From Rectinemataceae bacterium (GTDB lineage: Bacteria > Spirochaetota > Spirochaetia > Treponematales > Rectinemataceae): a stretch of DNA of 64,000 bases. Position 1 is the stretch's first letter. Every line of letters starts with the position of its first letter. The notes beneath the pieces are model-generated. The model did no database searches. It saw only the letters and a program-made list of their open reading frames with translations, and was not told where the DNA came from. The translations under genes and the position numbers were made by a program. Positions 1 through 9,950 of the stretch are shown piece by piece. The DNA lies in contig JBEKVO010000005.1 in NCBI GenBank assembly GCA_049513895.1, positions 13,389-77,388 on the forward strand, read 5' to 3'.

Positions 1-1116
1 CCCGAAAACCGGAGCGTCAATCTCAAGAAATACCTCTCCCAGCTCGTTTCCATGGTCACCTTCACCGCGGTCAATATCGACAAGTACCTGCCCGACGGCT
101 CCGTCAAGGCCGATCCCCTCGTAAAGCGCGTCGTGGGCCTCCCCGGCGAGAAGCTCATGATGATCGACGACGTCCTGTACGCCAAGCGCAAGGGCGATCA
201 GGCCTTCGCGCCGATAGAGGAAGACAAGACCTGGGCGAGCGTCGACCTCTGGAAACTGGATCCGGAAAGGCAGTCGCATATCGAGCTCCTGCCCATCGAC
301 GAGAAGCACCGGGCCGTGCTGAGCGCCTGGGACGCAAAGCGAAAAGCCGCCGATCCCGCGGCCCTGGCCTCTTCGATCGCGGCGTCGGCCCGCTCCATTT
401 TATCCAAGGCCGCCCCTCTCAAGGCTGAGGTCTTCATGAAGGAGCTCGAGAAGAAGCGACCCGCCGTCTATAAGGTCGTCGCCGACGACAGCCTCGCCTA
501 CGCGAAGAGCGTTCCCTCGGCCGACAACCTCATCGCCGCCGCGGGCACCCGCGCCGACGACCTCGCGATCGCTTTGGCCGCCTCTTCCTCGCCGGCATTC
601 CGCGCCGTCCTCGGATTCTATGCATCCGTCCCGAACCTCTCCGTGCCCGCCGCGGACGCCTACGCGCGGGGAGGGCACGTGCTCAATCTCCTGATAAAGG
701 ACAATATACTCGGGCGCGCGGCGCGCGAGGCCGAACTCATCGCCTCGGGGGCGACCTTCGATGCTTTTTCCGGGGACGCGACCCTCGCGGCGCTCAACAA
801 GGATGGCGGCGAGCTCGACTACTACCTTAACGGCCAGTACGCCGGCCTCTACGATGAGCGCAACATCCCCGTCTTCCCCGCCGGCGACGCGTATCTCGGC
901 AGTCAGCAGTACTTCGCCATGGGCGATAATCGCTATAATTCGCTGGACTTCCGCTACAGGACCGGCAATTTTTCGATAAAGCCGCTGGACCCATCGGATC
1001 CTGCTTCCGTCCTGTACTATTCGAACATAGACCCCTTCGCACTGGACCTGCGCTTTATCGAAGGCTATGCGCTGTTCAGGATTTGGCCGCTCTCACGGGT
1101 TGGAGCGATCCGCTAG
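1..1116 (+). CDS. lepB: Signal peptidase I, C-terminal part (frame is open to the window edge; track ORF 52..1116)
   Basis: VKRVVGLPGEKL and GDNRYNSLDFRY boxes typical of type I signal peptidase; no stop codon between nt 1 and 52 in this frame. Confidence 0.8.
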   Translation, partial: PENRSVNLKKYLSQLVSMVTFTAVNIDKYLPDGSVKADPLVKRVVGLPGEKLMMIDDVLYAKRKGDQAFAPIEEDKTWASVDLWKLDPERQSHIELLPIDEKHRAVLSAWDAKRKAADPAALASSIAASARSILSKAAPLKAEVFMKELEKKRPAVYKVVADDSLAYAKSVPSADNLIAAAGTRADDLAIALAASSSPAFRAVLGFYASVPNLSVPAADAYARGGHVLNLLIKDNILGRAAREAELIASGATFDAFSGDATLAALNKDGGELDYYLNGQYAGLYDERNIPVFPAGDAYLGSQQYFAMGDNRYNSLDFRYRTGNFSIKPLDPSDPASVLYYSNIDPFALDLRFIEGYALFRIWPLSRVGAIR

Positions 1117-1193
1117 CTCCGCTAGCGCGTAAATCGTAAAACACTCGCCTGTGAAGCCTTGATTATCGTCGATTTTTGTTCACAATTCTTGTC

Positions 1194-3905
1194 ATGAATA
1201 AATGCGACGCCGACACCGTGCTCATGGACCTTCCCGCCGAGGACTTCGCGGCCGCGGCCACCGCTTTGGCCGCCGTAGGGATAGCCGGCGCGGCCCTCGA
1301 TACGGCCGGGAGCGAGTGTATCGGCGGCTTTCTCCTTATCGGTGCCGATGCCTGGGATCGCGTCCGCGCCTGGGTGGAACCGCGGGCCTATACGGTCATT
1401 CTGATCGTCCCCCCCGAGCGCGAAGGGGCAGCCGCAGGCCTACTCGAGCAGGGCGTCTTCGACTCACTGGTCGGTGGAAATCCGGGCTGGGCCGAACGCG
1501 CGGCCGCCTATTTCCACGCCTTGATGGCGCTCGACAGACGCTTCGCCGGCGGCATTTCCAAGCTCGAGCGGCGTTACGAGGACCTCGTCCACTCCCTGCC
1601 CGATATCGTCTACGAGCTGGATTCGGAGGGTCGCTTCACCTTCGTCAACAATTCCATCAGTCTCCTCGGTTACGAGCCTTCCGACCTTCTTGGCAAGCAT
1701 TTTTCCATGCTCCTCGACGACGAGGACGCGGAAACGGTGGACAGGTCGTCGGTGCTCGAGGCCTTCCGCGGCATCACCACCGGACCGGGTCTCAGCCCCA
1801 AGCTCTTCAACGAAAGACGGAGTATCGAGCGAAGGACCGAGAACCTCGAAGTGCGGCTGCGGCCTCGGCCAAAGCCGGGCGCCCGCGTCGGTTCCACGGA
1901 AGACTTGATCGTAACCGTAATTTCGTATGGCGAGGTGACGGCCGCCGGGGAATACACCATGCGCTCCTCGATCCGGGACTTCATGGGGTCCGTCGGCGTC
2001 ATCCGGGATATCAGCCTAAGGCGCAAGTCGGAGGCGATGCTCCGCAAGCTCTATCAAGCGGTCGACCAGCTCTCCGCCGGGATTCTCGTCGCGGACCGCT
2101 CCTTCCTCATCGAGTACGTAAACCCGGGTTTCTTCAGGATCACGGGCTTAAGCCCCCAGGAAGTGATAGGCGCCGAACTATTCTCATTCTTCGACTTTCC
2201 GCCGGGCAAGGCCGCCGAGATACGCTCCCTCGTCCTCGAGGGCTTCGACGCCGAGATCGAGCTGCGGCTGGCGCGGTCCCGCGAGCGGTCTTCCGGCTCC
2301 GCGTCGGGCACCGCCCAGGGCGGGCCGTGGGTCGCCCTCCACGCGTCGCCCGTGCGCGCGCCCTCGGGTTTGATCACCCATGCCATTCTCATATGCGAGG
2401 ACATAAGCCAGCGCAAGGCCATGGAAGAGCTCATCAGCCTCGCCAAGGAGGAGGCCGAGCGCGCGAATGGCGCGAAGAGCGATTTCCTCGCCTCGATGAG
2501 CCATGAGCTCAAGAGTCCCGTCGCCAGCGTTCTCGCCGCCGCCAGGCTCATCGAGATGGGTGGGCCGGAGCCGGAGAGGCGCGCCGCCTCGATCATCGCG
2601 AGCGCGCAGGGACTCCTCGACATGCTCGGAGACATCCTGGACTTCGCCCGCTTCGAGACCGGCACGGGGACCCTCCGTAAATACGCTTTTCCCCTGGCCG
2701 GTTTCGTGGCGCGCATTTGCGGCGCCGCGCGCAAGAGAGCCGAGGCCAAGGGTCTCGGCTTCGAGGTCGGCTCGATCCCCGATGAGACCCTCCGTTCCGA
2801 TCCCGATCGGCTGGGACGCGCCTTCGCGGCGATACTGGACAACGCGGTATCCTTCACCGAGAACGGCAAGGTTCGCGTGGAGGCGGCCATCGAGCGGAGG
2901 CAAGGCAACGTTCCCTACCTTACGCTCTCGGTCTCGGATACGGGACCGGGCATCCTACCCGAGGACCAGGGCCGGATATTCTCGCCCTTCGTTCAGCTGG
3001 CCTCGCCTTACACCAAGCGCGGCGGCGCGGGAATAGGCCTGTCCCTGGCGCATACCATTGTCCGTGCCCTCGGGGGCGAGGTCCGAATCCAGAGCGACGT
3101 CGGCCGCGGCTCGGTATTTACCCTGCTCGTGCCCGTGGGCGATCTCGACGTTCCCTCCGCGGCCGCGCATGGCCCCGCGTACCGCCCCGAAAATCGCCGC
3201 GCGTATCGCCTGCTCGTCGTCGACGACAACGAGGTGAACCTGGAGTACATGGCCGCCATACTCGCCAACTCCGGGCATCGCACGCTCACCGCGGCGAGCG
3301 GGGCCGAGGCCCTGCGCCTTCTCGAGGAGATGCCGCCGGACGCGGCCATCCTCGACATACAGATGCCGGGCATGAGCGGCATAGACCTCGGCCGCAAGAT
3401 ACGCGACTACTCCGGCGGCCGCTACGATCCGAACCTGCCCCTCGTCGCGCTGACTGCCTTCGATTCGGAGGAGGTCGGGCGCTCGGGCATCGATTTCGAC
3501 GGAGTCTTCGACAAGCCCGTGGACGTGCCCAAGCTTCTGTCTTTTCTGGATACGGCCGTGGACCTGCGCGAGTCGCCCTCTGCATCGGCCTTCGCCGCCC
3601 ATTGGGCGGGCCGGGCGAAGGAGGGCGAGAGAATCCTCGCCGCCGCCCTCGAAGAAATTCCCGGCCTTGCCGCGAAGGTCAAGGACGCGATCGCCGCTGA
3701 AGACGTCGACGCGATGAGACCGGCCGCGCGCGCCCTTGGCGCGCAGTTGAGGCTCCTGGGCGACGAACGGGGCGCGGCCGCGTTCAGGCGGCTCGCCCTC
3801 GCCGTCTCGGACGAGGACAGGGCGGTCATGACCTGCCGGGCGGAGCGGCTCGCCTCGAACTGCGCCCTCGTTCTCAGGATGCTGAAGTCCCTATTGAACG
3901 GTTAG
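1194..3905 (+). CDS. Hybrid sensor histidine kinase/response regulator (PAS-PAS-HisKA-HATPase-REC plus HPt-like tail)
   Basis: H-box SHELKSP, G-boxes DTGPGI and GGAGIGL, receiver LLVVDDNEVN...ILDIQMPGMSG, helical C-terminal tail; first ATG at 1194 (TTG 1176 also in frame). Confidence 0.85.
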   Translation: MNKCDADTVLMDLPAEDFAAAATALAAVGIAGAALDTAGSECIGGFLLIGADAWDRVRAWVEPRAYTVILIVPPEREGAAAGLLEQGVFDSLVGGNPGWAERAAAYFHALMALDRRFAGGISKLERRYEDLVHSLPDIVYELDSEGRFTFVNNSISLLGYEPSDLLGKHFSMLLDDEDAETVDRSSVLEAFRGITTGPGLSPKLFNERRSIERRTENLEVRLRPRPKPGARVGSTEDLIVTVISYGEVTAAGEYTMRSSIRDFMGSVGVIRDISLRRKSEAMLRKLYQAVDQLSAGILVADRSFLIEYVNPGFFRITGLSPQEVIGAELFSFFDFPPGKAAEIRSLVLEGFDAEIELRLARSRERSSGSASGTAQGGPWVALHASPVRAPSGLITHAILICEDISQRKAMEELISLAKEEAERANGAKSDFLASMSHELKSPVASVLAAARLIEMGGPEPERRAASIIASAQGLLDMLGDILDFARFETGTGTLRKYAFPLAGFVARICGAARKRAEAKGLGFEVGSIPDETLRSDPDRLGRAFAAILDNAVSFTENGKVRVEAAIERRQGNVPYLTLSVSDTGPGILPEDQGRIFSPFVQLASPYTKRGGAGIGLSLAHTIVRALGGEVRIQSDVGRGSVFTLLVPVGDLDVPSAAAHGPAYRPENRRAYRLLVVDDNEVNLEYMAAILANSGHRTLTAASGAEALRLLEEMPPDAAILDIQMPGMSGIDLGRKIRDYSGGRYDPNLPLVALTAFDSEEVGRSGIDFDGVFDKPVDVPKLLSFLDTAVDLRESPSASAFAAHWAGRAKEGERILAAALEEIPGLAAKVKDAIAAEDVDAMRPAARALGAQLRLLGDERGAAAFRRLALAVSDEDRAVMTCRAERLASNCALVLRMLKSLLNG

Positions 3906-5869
3906 CTTCTGGCGCGAAGGGCGTTCGCTATGGCGAGGAGGGCCACGCCGACGTCGGCGATGACCGCCTCCCACATTTCGGCCTGGCCGGACGCGCCCAA
4001 GGCCAGGAACGCCGCCTTGACAATCAGCACCAGCAGCATCCCCTCGATTACGATGCGCCGCGTGCGCCGCGCTCGTACGACGGCCTCGCAGAGGCGAGAA
4101 GGCTCGTCCGTCATGAGCACGAGGTCGGCCTGCTCGACGGCGGCATCGGAGCCCGCGCCCATGGCCGCGCCGACGTCGGCCCTGGCAAGGGCTGGTGCGT
4201 CGTTGATCCCGTCGCCGAGGAAAATGGTGGTTCCGCCCGACGCGGCCGTTTCCGCGACCACCCTTTCGAGGTAGTCGAGCTTGCCCTGGGGCAGGAGATC
4301 GGCAACGACCTCGGCGATTCCCAGCCGGGCCGCTATGGGAAAGGATGACGAGGGGGCGTCGCCCGTGAGCATGACGGCTCGCGACGCGCCGAGATCGATC
4401 ATGGCGCGCACGGCGAGTGCCGCGTCGCTCTTGAGCTCGTCCTCGACCAGTATCCTGCCCGCGAGGAGTCCGTCCACCGCGACGTTCACCGTCGTGCCCG
4501 AGGCGTCGCAGTCTTCGTGGGGTATCGACTCGAGGTGGAGGAGCCTGTCGTTGCCCGCGGCGACGCGCCTTCCGCCGACGAATGCCACGACGCCCGCGCC
4601 CGGCCTTTCGCTGATGCCGGATGCCTCGTCCTCGACGCCCACCGAAAGGCCCCGCGCGGCGGCGGCGGCGCGAATCGACGCCGCTATCGGGTGGCGCGAA
4701 CGCGACTCGGCCGTTGCCGCCAACGCGAGAACCTCGTCCTCGCCGAAGCCGGGTTCGGGGCGGATGCTCCTCAAAGTGAACTCGCCCGCGGTCAGGGTGC
4801 CCGTCTTGTCGAAAACCACGGTCCGCGCCTTGGCGAGGGAGTCCAGGACCTCTCCTCCTTTTACCAGGATTCCACGTCGGGCCATGCCGCCCATCCCGCA
4901 GAAATACCCGAGGGGGACGCTGACGACCAGGGCGCAGGGGCAGGAAATCACGAGGAGTACGAGTGCGCGGTAGACCCAGACCGTAAGGGACTGGCCGGGA
5001 ACGAGGAGGGGCGGGAGGAAGGCGATAGCGGCGGCCCCTCCGACCACGATGGGAGTATAAACGGCCGCGAAACGCGTTATCATCCGCGCGGCCCTCGCCT
5101 TGGACTTCGAGGCGCCTTCGACGAGAGCCGCGATCCTCGCCGCTGCCGATTGATTGGCCGCCTTGAGGGCGACCGCCGTGAACGAGCCGTCGAGCGCCAC
5201 ACCGCCCGCGAGAACCTCCGAACCCGGCGACACGGGTCTCGGCAGCGACTCGCCCGAAAGGGCCGAGGTATCCACGAAGCATTCGCCCTCGACTACCCTG
5301 CCGTCCAGGGCGACGCGCTCGCCGGGCATCACCATGAACTCGTCGCCCGCCGCCGCCTCGGCGGGATCTACGAGCGTCCAGCCGCCTCCTCGGCGCAATC
5401 GAACCGTAGCGGGCCTCAATCCGAGGAGGGCTCGAACCGATGCGCGGCTTTTCCCGCTCGCCGATTCCTGGAGGGCCTCTCCTATTCTATAGAAGACCAT
5501 GACGCCGACCGCCTCTTCGTAGCGGCCGATGGCGATCGCGCCGAGGGTGGCTATGGCCATGAGAAAGAGCTCGTCGAAGACCCGACCGCGGAGGATGTTT
5601 CGCGCCGCGCCCAGGAGCACGTCGAGCCCCGCCAGAAGGTAGGCCGCAATGAATAGCAGATCGGACAGAAGTACGGATCCACCGATGGAGAGGGGCGTCC
5701 CTGCCTTGATCACGAGACCTAGACCGAATGCCGCCGCCACGGCACCGAGGAAAAAGAACTCGCGTTTCAAGGAGAAGCCGCCTTTCGAGAAAAAAGAGCC
5801 TCGAGAAGGGGCGGGGGCACAGTTGGAACAGGATCCGCCGGAGCGGGCCTCCATTAAATTATTTTCCAT
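3902..5869 (-). CDS. Heavy-metal translocating P1B-type ATPase (Cd/Zn/Co-type)
   Basis: CPCALVVS transmembrane metal site, DKTGTLT phosphorylation motif, GDGINDAP hinge; start chosen at MENNLMEAR (5869) so that it only slightly overlaps the upstream arsR-like gene. Confidence 0.85.
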   Translation of the reverse strand: MENNLMEARSGGSCSNCAPAPSRGSFFSKGGFSLKREFFFLGAVAAAFGLGLVIKAGTPLSIGGSVLLSDLLFIAAYLLAGLDVLLGAARNILRGRVFDELFLMAIATLGAIAIGRYEEAVGVMVFYRIGEALQESASGKSRASVRALLGLRPATVRLRRGGGWTLVDPAEAAAGDEFMVMPGERVALDGRVVEGECFVDTSALSGESLPRPVSPGSEVLAGGVALDGSFTAVALKAANQSAAARIAALVEGASKSKARAARMITRFAAVYTPIVVGGAAAIAFLPPLLVPGQSLTVWVYRALVLLVISCPCALVVSVPLGYFCGMGGMARRGILVKGGEVLDSLAKARTVVFDKTGTLTAGEFTLRSIRPEPGFGEDEVLALAATAESRSRHPIAASIRAAAAARGLSVGVEDEASGISERPGAGVVAFVGGRRVAAGNDRLLHLESIPHEDCDASGTTVNVAVDGLLAGRILVEDELKSDAALAVRAMIDLGASRAVMLTGDAPSSSFPIAARLGIAEVVADLLPQGKLDYLERVVAETAASGGTTIFLGDGINDAPALARADVGAAMGAGSDAAVEQADLVLMTDEPSRLCEAVVRARRTRRIVIEGMLLVLIVKAAFLALGASGQAEMWEAVIADVGVALLAIANALRARS

Positions 5870-6251
5870 CAGGCGTCTTCCCCGCGCGTTCGGAGGCGTG
5901 ATCCAGCCCCAGCCTGAGGAGGAGGCCGACATGATCATCGGCGAGACGGTAGTAGACCGTCTTGCCTTCGCGGCGATACGTGACGAGACGGGCCGAGCGG
6001 AGCAGGGCGAGCTGATGGCTGACCGCCGATTGGCTCGCGCCCAGGACAGCGCCTATATCGCAGACGCAGAGCTCGCCGCCGGCGAGCGCGCCCAGTATCC
6101 GCAACCTCGTGACGTCTGAAAACACTTTGAACAGCTCGCCGAGCTCGCGGAGCAGCTCGGGATCGATGGCCGTGGCGAGAGCGGCCTTCACTCGATCCGG
6201 GTGTACTTGAAAGGATGAACAATCGGTCTTTTCCATCACACTCAGTGCCAT
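5859..6251 (-). CDS. ArsR/SmtB family metal-responsive repressor
   Basis: ELCVCDIGAVLGASQSAVSHQLALLRSARLV winged-helix with CXC site; start at MALSVMEK (6251) has GAGGAAAG RBS; co-oriented with the ATPase. Confidence 0.8.
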   Translation of the reverse strand: MALSVMEKTDCSSFQVHPDRVKAALATAIDPELLRELGELFKVFSDVTRLRILGALAGGELCVCDIGAVLGASQSAVSHQLALLRSARLVTYRREGKTVYYRLADDHVGLLLRLGLDHASERAGKTPDGK

Positions 6252-6271
6252 GTCTTTCCTCGCAGGTGAAA

Positions 6272-6319
6272 TGAACATATGAACAATTGAACATATAAAG
6301 TATTATTATCGATATGTCA
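6272..6319. promoter_or_regulatory. Candidate ArsR/SmtB operator: TGAACATAT (6272-6280), TGAACATAT (6288-6296), inverted ATATGTCA (6312-6319) in AT-rich divergent promoter region
   Basis: Repeats read directly; TGAACA half-sites are known from SmtB/CzrA-type operators. Confidence 0.35.
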
Positions 6320-6349
6320 AGAGCCATGAGAATGGAGTATGATTCTTTC

Positions 6350-7819
6350 ATGAATATTCTCGATAAGAGGACCAAGATAGTCGCAACCCTCGGCCCGGCT
6401 TCCGATACGCCCGAGATACTGGAGTCCCTCCTCTTGGGCGGGGTCAACGTCTTTCGGCTCAATTTTTCCCACAGCGATCCGGAGGCCGCGAAGGCTACCG
6501 TGGAGATGATCCGCGCCGTACGTGAAAAGATGGGCCTGCCCGTCGCGATCATGGCCGACATCAAGGGCCCGGCGGTCAGGATGTACGGCTACGCCAAGGC
6601 GCTTCACGTGGAAGCCGGCTCCCTTCTGACGATTGAATCCAGGCTGCCCGAGGGTATCGAGGCCCTCGTCTCCCCGGCGCCGCTCACCGTATTTACCAAT
6701 CTGCCCGATATCGACGCGTTGTGCGCCGTAGGACAGAAAATACTCCTCATGGACGGCTACTTCGCGGGCGAAGTCGTTTCCAAGGCGCCGGGCTCTATCG
6801 CCGTCAGGATAGGCAACCCCGGCGACCTGCGACCCAAGGCCCACCTCACCATCCCCAACGTCGATTACCCCATTCCGTTCCTCTCCGACAAGGATATAAG
6901 GGACATAAGCTTCGCGGTCGCGAGCGAGGTCGAGTACATCGCGCTATCCTTCGTTCGCAACGCGACCGACATCGAGGAGGTGCGCCGCCTCGTCCAGCGC
7001 GTGAAGACCTCTTCCGGGCGCAGGCCCGTGGTCAAGCTCATCGGGAAGATCGAGAGCGCGAAGGGCCTGGCGGCCGCGGACGAGATCGTGGCCGCCGCCG
7101 ACGGCATCATGGTCGCGCGCGGCGACATGGGCGTGGAGATCGCCATCGAGATGGTACCCATCGCCCAGAAGCGCCTCATACGCACCGGCTTCCTCGGCGC
7201 CAAGCCCGTCATCACCGCGACGCAGATGCTCGAGTCCATGATCGAGAGCCCCATGCCCACCCGCGCCGAGGCGAGCGACGTCGCCAACGCCTGCTTCGAC
7301 TCGACGAGCGCCGTCATGCTCTCGGGCGAAACCGCCATAGGCCGTTTCCCCGTCAAGGTCGTCGAGACGATGAGCGCCATCATCCGCGCGGTCGAGGCCG
7401 AATTCGACTACGAGGAATTCCACAAACGCATGCCCCTTCACGCGCGCTCGGGCGACCTACCGGCGGTGCTCTCGTACAACGCGCTGTCGTTGGCATATGA
7501 GATCGGCGCTGCCGGCATCGTCGTGCTCACCGAGACCGGCCACGCAGCCCAACTCATCTCGCGCCTGCGGCCCCGGATGCCCATCTTCGCGTTTACCAAG
7601 GAGAAGGCCGTCTACAATCAGCTCGCGATGAACTGGGGCGTGTACCCCTTCATGCTCGCCGGCCCCGAGGAGAGCATGGACGCTCTCGTCGCCGAGACGC
7701 TGGACAGCTGCAAGTACGCCGGCGTCCTCGAGAAGGGTGATTTGGTGGTCTTCGTCGCGGGGCTGCCGCTGGCCCACAGGGGGACGACCAACATGATCCG
7801 CGTCGAGACGGTGTCATAA
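6350..7819 (+). CDS. pyk: Pyruvate kinase
   Basis: MNILDKRTKIVATLGPAS N-terminus, MVARGDMGVEI active-site region, full-length ~490 aa. Confidence 0.9.
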   Translation: MNILDKRTKIVATLGPASDTPEILESLLLGGVNVFRLNFSHSDPEAAKATVEMIRAVREKMGLPVAIMADIKGPAVRMYGYAKALHVEAGSLLTIESRLPEGIEALVSPAPLTVFTNLPDIDALCAVGQKILLMDGYFAGEVVSKAPGSIAVRIGNPGDLRPKAHLTIPNVDYPIPFLSDKDIRDISFAVASEVEYIALSFVRNATDIEEVRRLVQRVKTSSGRRPVVKLIGKIESAKGLAAADEIVAAADGIMVARGDMGVEIAIEMVPIAQKRLIRTGFLGAKPVITATQMLESMIESPMPTRAEASDVANACFDSTSAVMLSGETAIGRFPVKVVETMSAIIRAVEAEFDYEEFHKRMPLHARSGDLPAVLSYNALSLAYEIGAAGIVVLTETGHAAQLISRLRPRMPIFAFTKEKAVYNQLAMNWGVYPFMLAGPEESMDALVAETLDSCKYAGVLEKGDLVVFVAGLPLAHRGTTNMIRVETVS

Positions 7820-8418
7820 GGGGGGAGCGCTTGTCGCCTATGGCGACAGCGTACAATAAATTTCCTTACAGCCTAGCGAGCGTAGCGAGCGTTAGAACAT
7901 CGGTGTATTAAACCAAGACTCCCCGCTATTGGCGGGTCAGCGGCGAAGAGACATTTTTAATACTGCCCGAGGTGGGGCCTGTCGCGCGAATCCGCGTACC
8001 ACGCTTCGCCTCGATTCATTGGGGCTCCGCGAGGTCCGTGGTTCGCGCGATACCCACCGCGACCTGCAGTTCTCAACAGTGTCACGGCACTCACCCGTTT
8101 CGCGCCGCATCCTCTCCCGAACGCGATGCGCTCCCTTGGCACCTGGGAGCCTGCTGCCACATTACGCAACTGTTCCGCCGACTCCGCGTCTCCCCCTTCG
8201 CTCCGGCGTCCTCGGAAAGGCGCGATATCCATGGCGCGCCTTTCCTGCGGTCGCCTTCGCTACCCCCTCTCACGCTGTGCGCGAAAGGAGGTCGGGGACT
8301 TCGACGGATATTTCATACAGGGCATCCGGATCAGGCTCCGCACGGCGTTCCGGGCGCCTCGTGAGCTGCCACTACCGAGGTGGGCGGCTATAATTTTTAC
8401 TATCACTCAATATAGCCT

Positions 8419-9237
8419 TCAGAGCGCGCTCGTGAATCCCACTTGGCCGGCGACGTGCGGAGAGTACTGATAATAGCGATCTTCCAGATAAAGTCCGGCC
8501 ATGAGGGCGGCGTAGACGGAGAGCCGTCCGGACAGAGATTTTTGCAGAATGCCGATGGCTTGGAGCACCTGGGATTGGTAGCCAGAGGCGGGCACGATGA
8601 GGAACGAGTCGTTGAGTCCAACCATGATGCCGGAGCCGATCGACAGCAGCGCGTAGGCATCGTTGAACAAATCTATGTCGCTTTTGGCAAGGACGCAATT
8701 CGCATATGCCTCGTAGAAGTAGCCGCCGCCGCCGTCGACATTGAAATAATTGACGTGGAAGGTATTGGAGAAGGCGAAAGGGCCGAATGCGAACTTGAGG
8801 GTGGGGGCGACGGAGACTATATAGCCGATAGCATTCTTGGAGCTGAGCGAGTCGAGCGTGTTCGTATCGAACGCTGCGCTATATCCCGCGAGATCGTGGA
8901 AGCCATAGCCAAGTCCGCTGTAATATCCCGCGAACTTAGCCGAGACTGCCAAGTCGAAAATCGCGATTGGCTCCGCGTCGACGAAGGCTCCTATGAAATC
9001 GTAGGCGGGAGAAAGTTCGTTGCCGAGGCCGGCATCGATTTTCGCGGATTCCCAAAGGACGCCCTTCCCGATGTCGAGCGGCATGCGATAGAGGAACTTC
9101 GTGCCCAACTGGACGCCGAGGGGGTTGTACGCCCCTCCGAGGTTTTGGTCGAGATAAAAACCTTGCACGGCGGGTTCGGCGGATATAAACGACGCCACGG
9201 CCATGATGAAGGCGCATGCTGCGATACGTATCTTCAT
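8419..9237 (-). CDS. Secreted hypothetical protein, probable outer-membrane beta-barrel
   Basis: Signal peptide MKIRIAACAFIMAVASFISA; alternating aromatic/Gly-rich strands; C-terminal aromatic-rich end. Confidence 0.6.
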   Translation of the reverse strand: MKIRIAACAFIMAVASFISAEPAVQGFYLDQNLGGAYNPLGVQLGTKFLYRMPLDIGKGVLWESAKIDAGLGNELSPAYDFIGAFVDAEPIAIFDLAVSAKFAGYYSGLGYGFHDLAGYSAAFDTNTLDSLSSKNAIGYIVSVAPTLKFAFGPFAFSNTFHVNYFNVDGGGGYFYEAYANCVLAKSDIDLFNDAYALLSIGSGIMVGLNDSFLIVPASGYQSQVLQAIGILQKSLSGRLSVYAALMAGLYLEDRYYQYSPHVAGQVGFTSAL

Positions 9238-9239
9238 TT

Positions 9240-9950
9240 CTAGACTCCTGCTTCATAGGATATATCGGCGCCGTCAAGGAGCTGCAAGGCGGTAGTAATG
9301 CCCTCCAGCCCCAATCTGACAGTGCCGTCGGAACCGTCGACCGCTCCCGTTCCGATAGGCTTGAATACGGCCTTGGCCGTTCCTTCGCCGATGGCGATCG
9401 GGCACTCGTAGATCAGCGAAGGCTGGCCCGTGACGCCCGAGTTCGCTCGGGTGTAGCGCTCATTGTAATCATAACTGCGGTTGATTTCGAGCTTGACGAC
9501 ATAGCTTCCCTTTGGCAGAGCGGCGGCGAGGGCCGATTCGCGCATCGTTGTCCCTGCCGGAGTCGCACCCGTGACCGCGTCGGCCGCTGCCGTCTTCCCC
9601 TCCTGCAGATGGAACCAGACGGGAAGGGCCTCCGGGCGGCCTCCGCGTGGAGCGAAAACCCAGTTTTTCCTGGAGCCCTTCGCAGTCACATAGATCGTAT
9701 CTATGTAGCCGCCTTGAGGCGTCTCGATCCAGCAGGCTACCTGGGGATAGATCGTCACGGGAAAAACGTTGGCCCATGATACGAACTTGTACGCCGGTCC
9801 CGGAACGAGATGGAGGCTGAAACGACTGCCCTGGATGCGGGTTGTCGTCGAGGGGATTGGTTTATTCGCGCAGGAGGCGAGAATCGCGACCGCGAGAAGG
9901 CTCGCGATGAGAAGGGCAATCGTCCTTCGGACCGCGTCAAGCTGTTTCAT
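9240..9950 (-). CDS. Lipoprotein, DUF2271-like periplasmic protein
   Basis: Lipobox LASC after MKQLDAVRR..., GGAG RBS 6 nt upstream of ATG 9950; WIETPQGGYIDTIYVT...RPEALPVW...ADAVTGATP pattern resembles DUF2271; family call is tentative. Confidence 0.55.
   Translation of the reverse strand: MKQLDAVRRTIALLIASLLAVAILASCANKPIPSTTTRIQGSRFSLHLVPGPAYKFVSWANVFPVTIYPQVACWIETPQGGYIDTIYVTAKGSRKNWVFAPRGGRPEALPVWFHLQEGKTAAADAVTGATPAGTTMRESALAAALPKGSYVVKLEINRSYDYNERYTRANSGVTGQPSLIYECPIAIGEGTAKAVFKPIGTGAVDGSDGTVRLGLEGITTALQLLDGADISYEAGV

Noticed and set aside
8286-8345. GGAGGTCGGGGACTTCGACGGATATTTC resembles the 5' end of tmRNA (GGGG...UUCGACGG). A minus-strand reading from ~8338 to ~7966 also has a tmRNA-like length and a CUGAUCCGGAU segment.
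   Set aside because: There is no tRNA-like T-arm (GGTTCGAATCC) or CCACCA-type 3' end on either strand. There is no G3-U70 acceptor pair. No tag reading frame ends in ...LAA/VAA followed by a stop.
7900-8400. Possible RNase P RNA in the pyk-OMP gap (and likewise in 42136-42620)
   Set aside because: The universally conserved GAGGAAAGUCCGGGC (P4 5' strand) and ACAGAAxxCGGCUUA (P4 3' strand) motifs are absent on both strands. Only fragments such as GAAGUCC inside simple hairpins are present.
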